Source: Balanoglossus misakiensis (lineage: Eukaryota; Animalia; Hemichordata). Taken from it: DNA of 64,000 nt. Location of the stretch: assembly GCA_040954595.2 (NCBI GenBank), contig CM082581.2, positions 2,286,699 to 2,350,698 on the forward strand, given 5' to 3'. The translations under genes were made by a program, and so were the position numbers. The notes under the pieces were generated by a model. That model searched no databases, was not told the DNA's origin, and saw nothing but the letters and a program-made list of their open reading frames with translations. Of the stretch, positions 22,760 through 35,750 are shown one piece after another (the stretch's first letter is position 1; each line of letters starts with the position of its first letter).

Positions 22760-25562
22760 AGACACATGTGTTATGAAATTATATCCTAAATTTCAAAGCA
22801 ATCAGAGAAAAAACAAATTTCAAAGCAATCCAACAAGCAGTTTCACAGAAAATATTTGTTCAAAAGTGGCAAAAACACAAATATGCAAATATCACCAAAA
22901 TTTTGCAAATCTTACTTCAATCACTACAAGGAACATGCTGCCAAAGTTCAATGCAATATGACAAGCAGTTTCAGACAAAAAAAAAATTGACAAAAATTGC
23001 AAAAGTTTCCCCGATAACACATTTATGCAGATATCAAATTTTTTTACAGCATATTACTTAGGTTACCCCTACGAACATGCCTACCAAATTGCAAAGCCAT
23101 CTGGCATGCGGTTTTAAGGAAAAAAAGAAATTGACCAAATATGGCAAATATTGCTCAAAATAATAAATATGCAAATTTTGCAACAATTTGAACAAAACTA
23201 TGGTTACTCAGACAACCATTAGATAGATAGATAGATAGATAGTTTTATTTCACCAGAAAGATGCATTTTACATAACTGGTGCGGACCAGGGAAGTAGTTC
23301 TAGTGGAACTAGTCGTGTCCCTGGCCCTAAATACATACAAATCATTGAAACAATTAATATAATTGCCAATTCATATCACAAAACAATAGTTGGTAGTCAA
23401 ACAACGCGGTGACAAAGTAAACAGGTTTATAAAAGAGGTTAAATTAATCTATGCTCAACAGATACATTTTCAGAGAGCTTTTAAATAAGTTCCTTGATTG
23501 AATTGATTTTATTTGTGTAGGAATTTCATTCTAATGCTTGGCAATAGAATAGTATAAATTATTTTGAGATGAAGTAAGTTTTACTTTGGGAAGCGTAAAC
23601 TTATCAGTAGAGGCAAATCTTGTAAAATATTTGTGTGATACAAATGAAGCATAGCGATCTAGTGAGTGGGCGTAATGCCCTGCCTTTAGATCATACGCAA
23701 AAACACAAGTTTGAAATTTACAGAGTTTGTAAACATTAAGAATTCCAAGTTGCTGAAAAAGTGGTGCGCTATGTGTATTGGGGCTAGACAATGTTATAAG
23801 TCTTACAAGTCTCTTTTGCAATTTGAAAATACAATCTAAATAGGTTTTATACGCATTTCCCTATATTTCGATACAATACATTATATGGGGAAGGATAAGA
23901 CAATTGTATAATAATAAAATTATAGACTTAGAGAGATAATGGCGTACATATGAAATAATACCGATTTTTTGGCTAACCTTCTTAAAGATAATGTTGATGT
24001 GAGACTTCCAGGATAATGATGAGTCAAGAGTAACTCCAAGATAAATAGCAGAAGAAACTTTATGTAATGGTAAATCAGAGACATATAAATCTCCCTCAGG
24101 CTTAAACTTCGCCTGGGCTGTTTTGAAAATAACATAGTTTGTTTTGTCAATATTAATAGTAAGTTTATTTGACTTACACCAGGTCTGTACTTTAGTTAGC
24201 TCAACATTCAGAGTGGCAAGATCAATTTTGTCCTGCTTATCTGAACAAAATAAATTGGTATCGTCAGCAAATAACCTGAATTGAAAATAGTCTGAGGAAC
24301 TGCAGATATCATTTATATATACTAAAAAAAGAAGTGGACCTAGAATTGATCCCTGTGGAATCCCACAGGAGATCCTTTTCACTTTTGAAGTATAATTATT
24401 GACCTTGACATACTGTTGTCGGTCTTCTATATAAGTCTTAAACCAATTAAGTGTGGATCCCCTAATCCCATAGTGGCATAGCTTAGCTAACAAAATTGTG
24501 TGGTTAATCGTATCAAATGCCTTTTTAAAATCAATAAAGATACCAATGGTAACAAGACCGTTATCAATGTGCTTTGATATTTCAGTTGTGAGATCTGCTA
24601 AAGCTAACTTAGTACTATATTTCTTACGAAATCCATATTGGCTGTTAGTGAGAATATCAAATTTTTCGAAAAAAGAACACAGTTGCTTATTTACAATAGA
24701 CTCATACAGCTTACTAAATATTGGCAAGACAGAGATAGGTCTGTAGTTTCCTATTTCATGAACACAGCCCTTTTTAAAAATTGGTGTTACTCTTGCCATT
24801 TTCAGTTTCTCTGGAAAAATACCCTGTGACAAGGAAATATTAACAATATGAGCAAATGGTTCTGTAATATAATCAGCTGCTTCCTTTACAAGTTTTGGAT
24901 ATATTTCATCAAAACCAGCAGCTTTACAATGGTCTAATAAATTAATTTCTCTGAGTATATCACCAGAATGCACAGGATGGAAAAAGAAAGAATTAAAATG
25001 ACGAATACCAAGGTAATCATTGAAATTAGTGCTACAATGTATTTGTGATGCTAGATTTTGTCCAATGTTGACAAAAAAAGAATTAAAAGCGTCAGCTATA
25101 TCAATATTTTAGGAAGCTTCATACTAAATTTCAAAGAAGTAAGCCCATCACTTTGAGAAATGAAGACTTTTTATTGAATAACATGGAAAAATAAAAAAAA
25201 ATGCATAAAAATAGGAAATCGATAATATTAGCTCAAAACATACAGGACTGTATGAGGTTGATATAAGGTACATGCATACCAATTTTCAAATCAATATGAC
25301 CAGTGGTTGTTGAGTTACCGAGTTTTGTCACATTTTCCCAGCTAATTTGCATATTTTTGGCAATGACAACTTCATTTGAACAAACTCCCATCTACAGCCC
25401 TGCCTGCATCTACACACCAAATATCAAGGTCATACGCGCTGTGGTTTTCAAGTTGTTGATGTGGACGGACATACAGACATACATCCATCCATACATCCAT
25501 CCATACATACAGACGCAATCAATCCTATAAGGTCCCATGGTACATACCAATGGGACCTAAAA
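22760..25562 (+). repeat. Interspersed repeat with modular core repeats, (CATC/CATA)n microsatellite and 3' hairpin (DINE-1/HINE-like), split by a LINE
   Basis: Recurring aaatttcaaagcaatc modules on both sides of the LINE; microsatellite ~25470-25512; hairpin AGGTCCCAT..ATGGGACCT followed by AAAA. The left boundary is approximate. Confidence 0.45.
23221..25110 (-). mobile_element. 5'-truncated CR1-group (Crack-like) LINE, copy 1, pseudogenised RT
   Basis: RT motifs NYRPIS, FIDFKKAFD, GIPQGSILGP, FADD; two TGG>TAG stops (23861, 23531); (CTAT)n 3' tail. Confidence 0.93.
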
Positions 25563-26763
25563 ACGTGATAGTGTAATGAAATTTGTCAAACTTGTGGTCA
25601 TTTTATTTTATCAAATTTCTGCATTTTTATCTGATTGTGGTCTTACCTTCAAATCACTTGACAAGGTAGGCGACACAATGTTGCATGCTAGGAAGGTGAC
25701 GATTTTTGACTAAGAGCAGTGTTATGTTAAGCTTATTCCTATCTCAACTTATTCCAACACAATGTTCAATGAGAACTTTTAATTGTAACAACTGACATTT
25801 CACATCAAAAGCAACACTGTTCTGGAAATGACGACAACTGTTATAAGAGGTTCATTTATGTATTTATGTATTTTGGACTGGAGACTGCTGTGCAAAATTC
25901 ACCTCAATGGGCCTTAATATTAAATACACCATCAAACACTGTGTGAAATAGCCTGAATCCACCAAGGATTGTTGTGGATTCTTTCGTGGATTCTTACAGA
26001 ATCCAGTAGAATCCTGAGATATCCATCGTGGATACTCAGAGAATCCACATATAATCCAATAGTGGATTCTGTCAAATACGGAACACTTTCAGAATCCACA
26101 ATAGAATCCTTTACAGTATTTCAGTGGATTCTCTGTAACAGTTCCCAGAGAAATCTTTGCTTGATTTTGATGGATTCTGCATGAGAGTAATAATCGTGGG
26201 GTTACGCCCATTCCCTCAAAATTTCCCATGTGACCTTGCAGCTAGAAAATGGCATTAAATATCACCGATATTTGCTGCCTTTAGTTTTAGAAAGAAAGCC
26301 ACTATAATAATTGAGATATACGATCGGAATTTTGTTCAAGCGTGCTCTAGTCATGCTCTTTTGCATTGGACACGGAATGTGTAAATTCAGAACTTTTATT
26401 CCATTTACTGTTTTATTTCGATTAGGAGTACAATGGGACCTATTTGGGATGTAGTAATTTTAATTCATGTTTTATCTTTTTTATTAAGAAATGTATATGT
26501 TTGTGTTTGCGAATATGTTCCTGTTACACTAGGTTCCTTGATTCATAATGTATTCCGGGCCGGGGCCATTGTTTCTGAGTTGTAATTGTGGTGATGGCAA
26601 ACGCCTGTCTGCTTTTGAACTTTCACAGTTGAATGCTTCAATAATAAATTCCTGACTTTGGATGAACTTCTGTGCTTGAGTTTGTACTCCTTCCAGATGA
26701 CTCATTCCCGTGGGGAAACAAATAAACATACATAATGATTACCTTTTGTTATTATGCAATGCT

Positions 26764-26855
26764 TTAGCACCTCCAACTAGTCATGCCTTTTAGCAACTCC
26801 AACTGGACATGCCTTTTAGCACCTTCAACTGGACATGCCTTTTACACCTGGAACT
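26764..26855. repeat. Short tandem repeat (~27 bp x3)
   Basis: tttagcacctccaactrgwcatgcct repeated. Confidence 0.7.
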
Positions 26856-27212
26856 ACATTTATGTGGAATTGACTTTTGTTCTGATGGAGGTCTCATGTT
26901 CCATGGCTCTAGTCACTTCATGCATTTCAATACATTTTTGACAGGCGGATACAACTGGTCGAGAATTCTATGATCACAGTATTACATTGGTAAAGTAAAT
27001 CTGATAAGTTCTAGAGAACAGAAAATTCCTCAAAGTTGTTTTGTTTTTCTGATGAGACGGTTGTTTTACCACACAAGCATTCAACCAGTTGAGGCTAGAG
27101 CATACTTTAGCAGGAAAAAATGTTACATATATTACCTTGTTATAACTCCTGGCAAGCATTGGATAATTGAACGGCTGTCCTGAGCTGGTGCGACTTGATG
27201 CGTTGTGCCACA

Positions 27213-30200
27213 GATGATGATGATGATAGATAGTTTATTTCACCAGAAAGATGCATTTTACATAACTGGTGCGGACCAGGGAAGTAGTTCTAGTGGAACT
27301 AGTCGTGTCCCTGGCCCTAAATACATACAAATCATTGAAACAATTAATATAATTGCCAATTCATATCACAAAACAATAGTTGGTAGTCCAACAACGCGGT
27401 GACAAAGTAAACAGGTTTATAAAAGAGGTTAAATTAATCTATGCTCAACAAATACATTTTCAGAGAGCTTTTAAATAAATTCCTTGATTGAATTGATTTT
27501 ATTTGTGTAGGAATTTAATTCCAATGCTTGGCAATAGAATAGTATAAATTATTTTGAGATGAAGTAAGTTTTACTTTGGGAAGCGTAAACTTATCAGTAG
27601 AGGCAAATCTTGTAAAATATTTGTGTGATACAAATGAAGCATAGCGATCTAGTGAGTGGGCGTAATGCCCTGCCTTTAGATCATACGCAAAAACACAAGT
27701 TTGAAATTTACAGAGTTTGTAAACATTAAGAATTCCAAGTTGCTGAAAAAGTGGTGCACTATGTGTATTGGGGCTAGAAAATGTTATAAGTCTTACAAGT
27801 CTCTTTTGCAATTTGAAAATACAATCTAAATAGGTTTTATACGCATTTCCCCATATTTCGCTACAATACATTATATGGGGAAGGATAAGACAATTGTATA
27901 ATAATAAAATTATAGACTTAGGGAGATAATGGCGTACATATGAAATAATACCGATTTTTTGGCTAACCTTCTTAAAAATAATGTTGATGTGAGACTTCCA
28001 GGATAATGATGAGTCAAGAGTAACTCCAAGATAAACAGCAGATGAAACATTTTGTATTGGTAAATCAGAGACATATAAATCCCCCTCAGGATTAAATTTT
28101 GCCTGGGCTGTTTTGAAAATAACATAGTTTGTTTTGTCAATATTAATAGTAAGTTTATTTGACTTACACCAGGTCTGTACTTTAGTTAGCCAAACATTCA
28201 GAGTGGCAAGATCGATTTTGTCCTGCTTATCTGAACAAAATAAATTGGTATCATCTTCAAATAACCTGAATTGAAAATAGTCTGAGGACCTGCAGATATC
28301 ATTTATATATACTAGAAAAAGAAGTGGACCTAGAATTGATCCCTGTGGAATCCCACAGGAGATCCTTTTCACTTTTGAAGTATAATTATTGACCTTGACA
28401 TACTGTTGTCGGTCTTCTATATAAGTCTTAAACCAATTAAGTGTGGATCCCCTAATCCCATAGTGGCATAGCTTAGCTAACAAAATTGTGTGGTTAATCG
28501 TATCAAATGCCCTTTTAAAATCAATAAAGATACCAAAGGTAACAAGACCGTTATCAATGTGCTTTGATATTTCAGTTGTGAGATCTGCTAAAGCTAACTT
28601 AGTACTATATTTCTTACGAAATCCATATTGGCTGTTAGTGAGAATATCAAACTTTTCGAAAAAAGAACACAGTTGCTTATTTACAATAGACTCATACAGC
28701 TTACTAAAGATTGGCAAGACAGAGATAGGTCTGTAATTTCCTATTTCATGAACACAACCCTTTTTAAAAATTGGTGTTACTCTTGCCATTTTCAGTTTCT
28801 CTGGAAAAATACCCTGTGGCAAGGAAATATTAACAATATGAGCAAATGGTTCTGTAATATAATCAGCTGCTTCCTTTACAAGTTTTGGATATATTTCATC
28901 AAAACCAGCAGCTTTACAATGGTCTAATAAATTAATTTCTCTGAGTATATCACCAGAATGCACAGGATGGAAAAAGAACGAATTAAAATGACGAATACCA
29001 AGGTAATCATTGAAATTAGTGCTACAATGTATTTGTGATGCTAGATTTTGTCCAATGTTGACAAAAAAAAAGAATTAAAAGCGTCAGCTATATCAATATT
29101 TTTAGTAACAAAATTCCCAGGGTTTTTGTCATCTTTTATTTTTTGTGGAGCATTAACCTTTGAATTTTTGTTCAGGATTTCATTGATGACTTGCCATTTT
29201 TTGTGGTCCTTCCCAGAGGCTACAGACAGTTGCAATTTATCACAAAAATACTTCTTTTTTGCTCGTCGCATCAGCTTTGTTAACAGGTTGCGATAAAGTT
29301 TGTACTCTTGATGAATAGATGAGCTTGCAGAATGGCGTTTTGTTTTGGAGAACATCTTATGCTTGTTTTTAATTGAGACCAGAAGTCCTTTTGTGATCCA
29401 TGGTTTCCGTAAGCGCTTACGCTGGTTTGAACACCGTTTGACTGGCACGTGTCTTGTTGCCATATCATGAAACAATTTGTAAAAGGTATTATAGGCAACA
29501 TTCGGATCATTAGAGTCGTAAACATCCTGCCAAGAAATATTTGCGAAGTCATTTTTATAAGAAACTGGATCAAATGAAGAAAAAATCACACTTGAAATCA
29601 GTTGTTTCAACATTGAATACATGGCGTAAATCCTTAAAGATGGCAAAGATGGGATAATGGTCACTTATATCAGTCTGTATTATAACACACCATGCAGCGA
29701 ACCCTCGATCGTGATTCGTCAATACGACGTCACGTGACATTAGTCATTTCGAACTGTTGCCTAGGGCATCAGTTCGATCGGTTTGGTGTGTTATAAAACA
29801 CATGATGACTGACATATTCGGGCAACAGTGTATTTTTAATGACCTCGGGACTGCCAGTCACACCAAAACAGTCTGTTTCCCTCGGGCTATGCCCTCGGGA
29901 AAACAAGACTGTTTTAGTTGTGACTAGCAGCACCTCGGTCATCAAAATACATTGTTGCCCTCATTGTCAGTCATCATGTGTATACTGTCTCACTTTCAAT
30001 GAACTGGTCACGAAAATTTACATGACAATGATCTATTAATGTGGAGGTGTGAGTAGTTATTCTGGTCGGTACATCCATGATTTGATAAAAATTATTACCA
30101 CTAAGAGTAGCGATATATTCATTAAAGACAGTGTTATCGCCATCTATATTTATATTGAAATCCCCTAGTAAAACGCATTTTTTGTTGGTAATGCGTAGAT

Positions 30201-31213
30201 TATCAAGACAATCTGATAAACTGGTTAAAAATTCCTGAGTAGGTGTATTTGGTCTGCGATATATGACACCTATGATGACCTTGCTTTTTTCAAGTAGGAT
30301 TTCAACAAAAAGACATTCGCAATGTTGGAGAACAACTGAGTCTATTATAGAGTATGATAACGACTCGTGTAAATAGAGACCAACACCTCCTCCTCTGGAA
30401 ACAGCTCTACATTTATGAACAAAGTTGTATGAAGGGAGGTTATATAATGATGCATCAACACCTGGGTCTAGCCATGTTTCACTGAGGGCAATGACAGAAA
30501 ATTTGCATTTCAATAGCGACAGAACAACTGACAAGTCATCAAAGTGACGTCTGATCGATCTAATATTCAAATGAAGAGTTGAAAATGACTGCAGAGTCAG
30601 AAGGGAATCGTTTGCATTAAATTCGTCCAAAGTATAAGACTTACAATTATAGTTACTTTGCAAGAAGTGGTCTGTGGTTTCGCCGATGATGAGTTTGCTT
30701 GTACACTATGATGTAGTAGTTAAAGGACGCCTAGCAGATTTTGGCGAGACTTTCCTCATTCGGAATGTAGACAGTTGGTGACCCGTCGACTTTCTTTGTC
30801 AGGATTTTTCCGTATTGCGTCCACAAGTATTTCCATCCATATTCTTTTCTTCTGGCATTTACCTTTGTGAATAAAGATCTTCGTCCTGGTGTCAGATTTT
30901 CGTTGATGTATATCTTGTTTTCTACTTGGTAGCCAATGTCCGATGTTTTGAAGCGAGACATAATTTTGCGTTGCTTGTAGACCGCGTCACGAATTTTTCT
31001 TCTGGTGAAACGCACAATGATTGCGGCAGGAAACCGGGTATTGGTACCGTGGTCAATGTGTTCATTGCCGAGTGCTTGACGTTTCTTGATTCGATGTGAC
31101 ACGTCAATATCTGAACTGGTTATGTCTTTTTCTATGAGTTGGATGACTTTCAGGGCTACTGTATCAGTATTTTCATTTGGCAATTCTGGTATGCCTCTTA
31201 TTTCAAGATACAC
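27213..31213 (-). mobile_element. CR1-group (Crack-like) LINE, copy 2: partial ORF1 plus disrupted APE-RT ORF2
   Basis: ORF1 C-terminus 30731-31213 (LEIRGIPE...SHR...IIVRF...IYINENLT). APE 29974-30663 (HLNIRS, SETWL, GDFNI, IDH). RT 27515-28963 with FEDD. Frameshift at the A-run ~29063-29071. MITE insertion. (CAT)n/(CTAT)n tail. Confidence 0.94.
29680..29984. mobile_element. Two-stem palindromic non-autonomous element inserted in the LINE endonuclease
   Basis: Stem 1 TATAACACACC/GGTGTGTTATA (29681-29795). Stem 2 ACACATGATGACTGACA/TGTCAGTCATCATGTGT (29798-29981) with an inner CCCTCGGG pair. It separates LIDH... from TDISDHYP. Confidence 0.8.
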
Positions 31214-33045
31214 CTACGAACCTCTCAATTTAACCAAGCTATTGTGCATTTCTCGACCAAGCATACAAAATTAAACAATATGCGTTGTAACACACCAAAG
31301 CGGTAGAGTCCAGGACTGAACCAAGAGCACAGAGAATTTAAATGTTTAAATCAATTACTACTTAGAGAGAAATCTTGGCTTAATCTCAGTTCAAATTGCA
31401 TATTAGTGCTGAACGTCCACTTTAGCTTAGACATCGCAACCATTAGCATGAAGCCCGAGTAATTAGTCAGCTATGTGAAAAATACAATGTTTCAAACTTT
31501 TAAGATTTTTAAAATTTTGTTGGTGACCCTTCCATGTTGCTATGCTCAACTTCGCCTTTGAAACCCAAAATGCATAACGGCAACAGAATCCAATGGTTTG
31601 AATGATGGATTCTCGCTCTTACTGTTAGACAGTAATACCGCAATGCATTGTGGTAACAGTATCCAGCGGTATCCACAAAGGATTCTGAAATGTATTCTCA
31701 AATACCAAAGATTTGTGGATACTGTGAGAATCCATTGTATATTCTTATGCTGGATACCATCTAGAGGATATCGAAGGATTCTCTGTGGATTCCATTGTAT
31801 ATTGTAAGAATCCATCAAAATGGATTCTGTTGTAACTCGATGGATACGGAACATTTCACACAGTGAAAACTTGTGCACATGTAAAGTGGGAAAGAATATT
31901 TTGACACATGACTTATGGATATCATATGTATAAACTTGCAGCAAGTTATTTGTAATGTCAATGGAAGAAAGAACAGGACGAAGATACTTTAGCCATCGCC
32001 CAAGAAATCTTATCATCTTACTGTTAAACACCACATACCGAAATAGAGAATAATGTATATGTATTACACGAAAAATTAAACTGTATTTACTAAGTGAACA
32101 TCTACAAGAAAAGTAATTGCTGTTAGAAATTAGCAAATGGTTATTTCGAGTATAACACGCAACCGGCCCGGGCGACGATGCATTTCAAGGCTCAGGTAGC
32201 CAGAGCCTATCGCAACACAGTAAGTGCACGATATGTGCACACATGGATATTTCTCTGTCAATTAATGTGCAGTTGCGCTATATGCTAACAGAGAGGTCCC
32301 AAAATAGGCGTACATGATTTCAGAGATGCTAGTTTATTACATCTTTATCGAAGCTTCTCCATGCAACTGGAAAACATATTTGTTGGCCTTGTAACTGTCA
32401 TAAGTCGCTGGCTATGAAACAGACACTCTATTCGACAAAAGTGCATTTTCCGTCATTAATCTCTATAATAAAACTGGCACAACTATCTGTAACTTGTGAC
32501 TATTTTGTCAGTTTTATTGTTCTGTGTGTAAACCATGGTTTCTTGTTCGGCTCCCTATATCAGGATTAGTATTTGTCTTCTCAACTCTACCAGCATGTGT
32601 TTTTGTTGACAAAAAATGCATTCAAGCCCGGACTTGAATGCATTTCTTAATAGTAAGAATGGTCTACACACGTAAACATGACTTGTTGACTCATAGACAT
32701 TTTGGGATAAATTCCAGGCAGGAGAACAAGAAAATGTGTGATGTGGTTGAAACATAAAACAAAAATTCTGAGAGAAGAACCAGATTCAAATAAATGCCCG
32801 TTAATGCATTTATTTAAACCAATTTGAGAAAAAATGAAACAAATAACGCAAGTGAGGTTGAACTATTAAGCTTAGAATATTTATTTCCAGGTAATTGTCA
32901 TATGTAAATGGCTTCAGTGTGATATTTTTGCATCCTGCATCGTATCATGGACAGTCATCTCAACATATAACTGTTATGTCAGAATGAAAGTCAGGATGAA
33001 AATTACTGTTAGGGACATTTTAAAAGAAAAACGCATGTATGATCA

Positions 33046-34349
33046 TGGCTAACCTTCTTAAAAATAATGTTGATGTGAGACTTCCAGGATAATGATGAGT
33101 CAAGAGTAACTCCAAGATAAACAGCAGATGAAACATTTTGTATTGGTAAATCAGAGACATATAAATCCCCCTCAGGATTAAATTTTGCCTGGGCTGTTTT
33201 GAAAATAACATAGTTTGTTTTGTCAATATTAATAGTAAGTTTATTTGACTTACACCAGGTCTGTACTTTAGTTAGCTAAACATTCAGAGTGGCAAGATCG
33301 ATTTTGTCCTGCTTATCTGAACAAAATAAATTGGTATCATCTTCAAATAACCTGAGTTGAAAATAGTCTGAGGACCTGCAGATATCATTTATATATACTA
33401 GAAAAAGAAGTGGACCTAGAATTGATCCCTATGGAATCCCACAGGAGATCCTTTTCACTTTTGAAGTGCAATTATTGACCTTGACATACTGTTGTCGGTC
33501 TTCTATATAAGTCTTAAACCAATTAAGTGTGGATCCCCTAATCCCATAGTGGCATAGCTTAGCTAACAAAATTGTGTGGTTAATCGTATCAAATGCCTTT
33601 TAAAAATCAATGAAGATACCGTTATCAATGTGCTTTTTCAGTTGTGAGATCTGCTAAAGCTAACTTGGTACTAAATTTCTTACGAAATACATATTGGCTG
33701 TTAGTGGGAATATCAAATTTTTCAAAAAAAGAACACAGTTGCTTATTTACAATAGACTCGTACAGCTTACTAAAGATTGGCAAGACAGAGATAGGTTTGT
33801 AATTTCCTATATCATGAACACAACCCTTTTTAAAAATTGGTGTTACTCTTGCCATTTTCAGTTTCTCTGGAAAAATACCCTGTGACTAGGAAATATTAAC
33901 AATATGAGCAAATGGTTCTGTAATATAATCAGCTGATTCCTTTACAAGTTTTGGATAAATATCATCAAAACCAGCAGCTTTACAATGATCTAATACATTA
34001 ATTTCTCTGAGTATATCACCAGAATGCACAGGATGGAAAAAGAAAGAATGAAAATGACGAATACCAAGGCAATCATTGAAATTAGCGCTACAATGTATTT
34101 GTGATGCTAGATAGCGCTACAATGTATTTGTGATGCTAGATTTTGTCCAATGTTGACAAAAAAAAATTAAAGGCGTCAGCTATATCAATATTTTTAGTAA
34201 CAAAATTCCCGGGGTGTTTGTCATCTTTTATTTTTTGTGGAGCATTAACCTTTGAATTTTTGCTCAAGATTTCATTGATGACTTGCCATTTTTTGTGGTC
34301 CTTCCCAGAGGCTACAGACAGTTGCAATTTATCACAAAAATACTTCTTT
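33046..34349 (-). mobile_element. CR1-group (Crack-like) LINE, copy 3, internal fragment lacking both ends
   Basis: Matches ~27960-29257; carries FEDD, deletions, and a ~27-bp tandem duplication at 34084-34140. Confidence 0.92.
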
Positions 34350-34389
34350 GTGTGGTTGAACTATAAGGCTAAGAATATTTATCTCCAAG

Positions 34390-34668
34390 TACATGTGTAT
34401 ATGTAGTGAATGAACGCTCAACCACAGACAACTTCCATCCCACTTGTAGATACGAGAGTGAAAAATCACGCCAATATAAATAATTGGTCTCTACCATCAA
34501 TTCATGTTGGGTGAGGTTCTACTCTCTTATCATACAAGCAGGATGGAAGTTGTGTGTGATTGAACGTCCATTCACTACATATTCACATGTACATTAACAT
34601 AAACGGTATCTTGTATCAAACATAATTGATGGAAAAGGGCAGCAAGAGAGAGGACTTTGTCCCTTTAA
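34390..34668 (-). mobile_element. Palindromic TTAA-type MITE (one end intact)
   Basis: Internal inverted repeat acaacttccatcc/ggatggaagttgt; terminus GACTTTGTCCCT|TTAA. Confidence 0.7.
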
Positions 34669-35239
34669 GATTACATATCAACGGAAAATGGTCAGATCCA
34701 AACACTGTAGGGATTTCAAACCGAGTGATATACAGAAACAATCTTGTTGAAATACAACAATAATTCACTGTACTTCTACCTCTGTTTGCTATACAAGTAC
34801 AGTTACCATCCTCGTCTCCGGGAACTCTCCCATTTAAACAAAATGAACAGAAAGTGTACAACACAATGATATCAAACTTAGACCGAATTTTTTTAGTTTT
34901 ATGTTTTGACTGTCGTGGGATTGTATAGTGAGACTTTCCCTCTCTGAGACCTCTCGCCGCAGCAGAAGTAATTTTGCATGTATGCCTTAGGTGGGATATG
35001 GTGGTATAGGATAACGTTACATCGTACCTGAATTCGATACAATGTGCTGATGGCGTAAACATGCTACGAAACTCGATGCTTTATTCTTCTGTGCGGCACG
35101 CGAATTCTATCAGCCATCTGGTGCGTGCACAGAACAACTCACATTCGCGTTTGGTATCTTCACTAACAACCATCCACTCCCTTGCAATTGTCACGAGATT
35201 TGCTCGACATTTCCGCAGTTTACACGTCTCCCAAGATAT

Positions 35240-35750
35240 ATCTAATGCCAACATCAATAAAAGACTTGGACACACCCCTTTGTCTATATATGGGAATATA
35301 CAAATTAGAAGTATTGTATTCCTTTAAATTCAGTACTACATTCTTGGTTTCCGACGATTAAACAAGCATGCTTCTTCCAAAATATATCTAATAACAACAT
35401 CAATAAAAGACTTGGACACACCCCTTTGTCTATATATGGGAATATACAAATTAGAAGTATTGTATTCCTTTAAATTCAGTACTACATTCTTGGTTTCCGA
35501 CGATTAAACAAGCATGCTTCTTCCAAAATATATCTAATAAAAACATCAATAAAAGACTTGGACACACCCCTTTGTCTATATATGGGAATATACAAATTAG
35601 AAGTATTGTATTCCTTTAAATTCAGTACTACATTCTTGGTTTCCGACGATTAAACAAGCATGCTTCTTCCAAAATATATCTAATAAAAACATCAATAAAA
35701 GACTTAGACACACGTTGTTTACCATATATGGGATTATTTAAATTAGAGGT
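35240..35750. repeat. 146-bp tandem repeat, ~3.4 copies
   Basis: caataaaagacttggacac recurs at ~35255, 35401, 35547, 35693. Confidence 0.93.

Larger units (their letters stand above)
25937..31865. mobile_element. Non-autonomous CACTG (CMC/EnSpm-like) DNA element hosting a nested LINE
   Basis: TIR CACTGTGTGAAAT...ATTTCACACAGTG flanked by AA; dense GAATCC/GGATTC subterminal repeats at 25955-26180 and 31585-31845. Confidence 0.75.

Noticed and set aside
31546-32136. 196-aa minus-strand ORF
   Set aside because: It crosses the CACTG element boundary and its GGATTC repeats; no coding signature.
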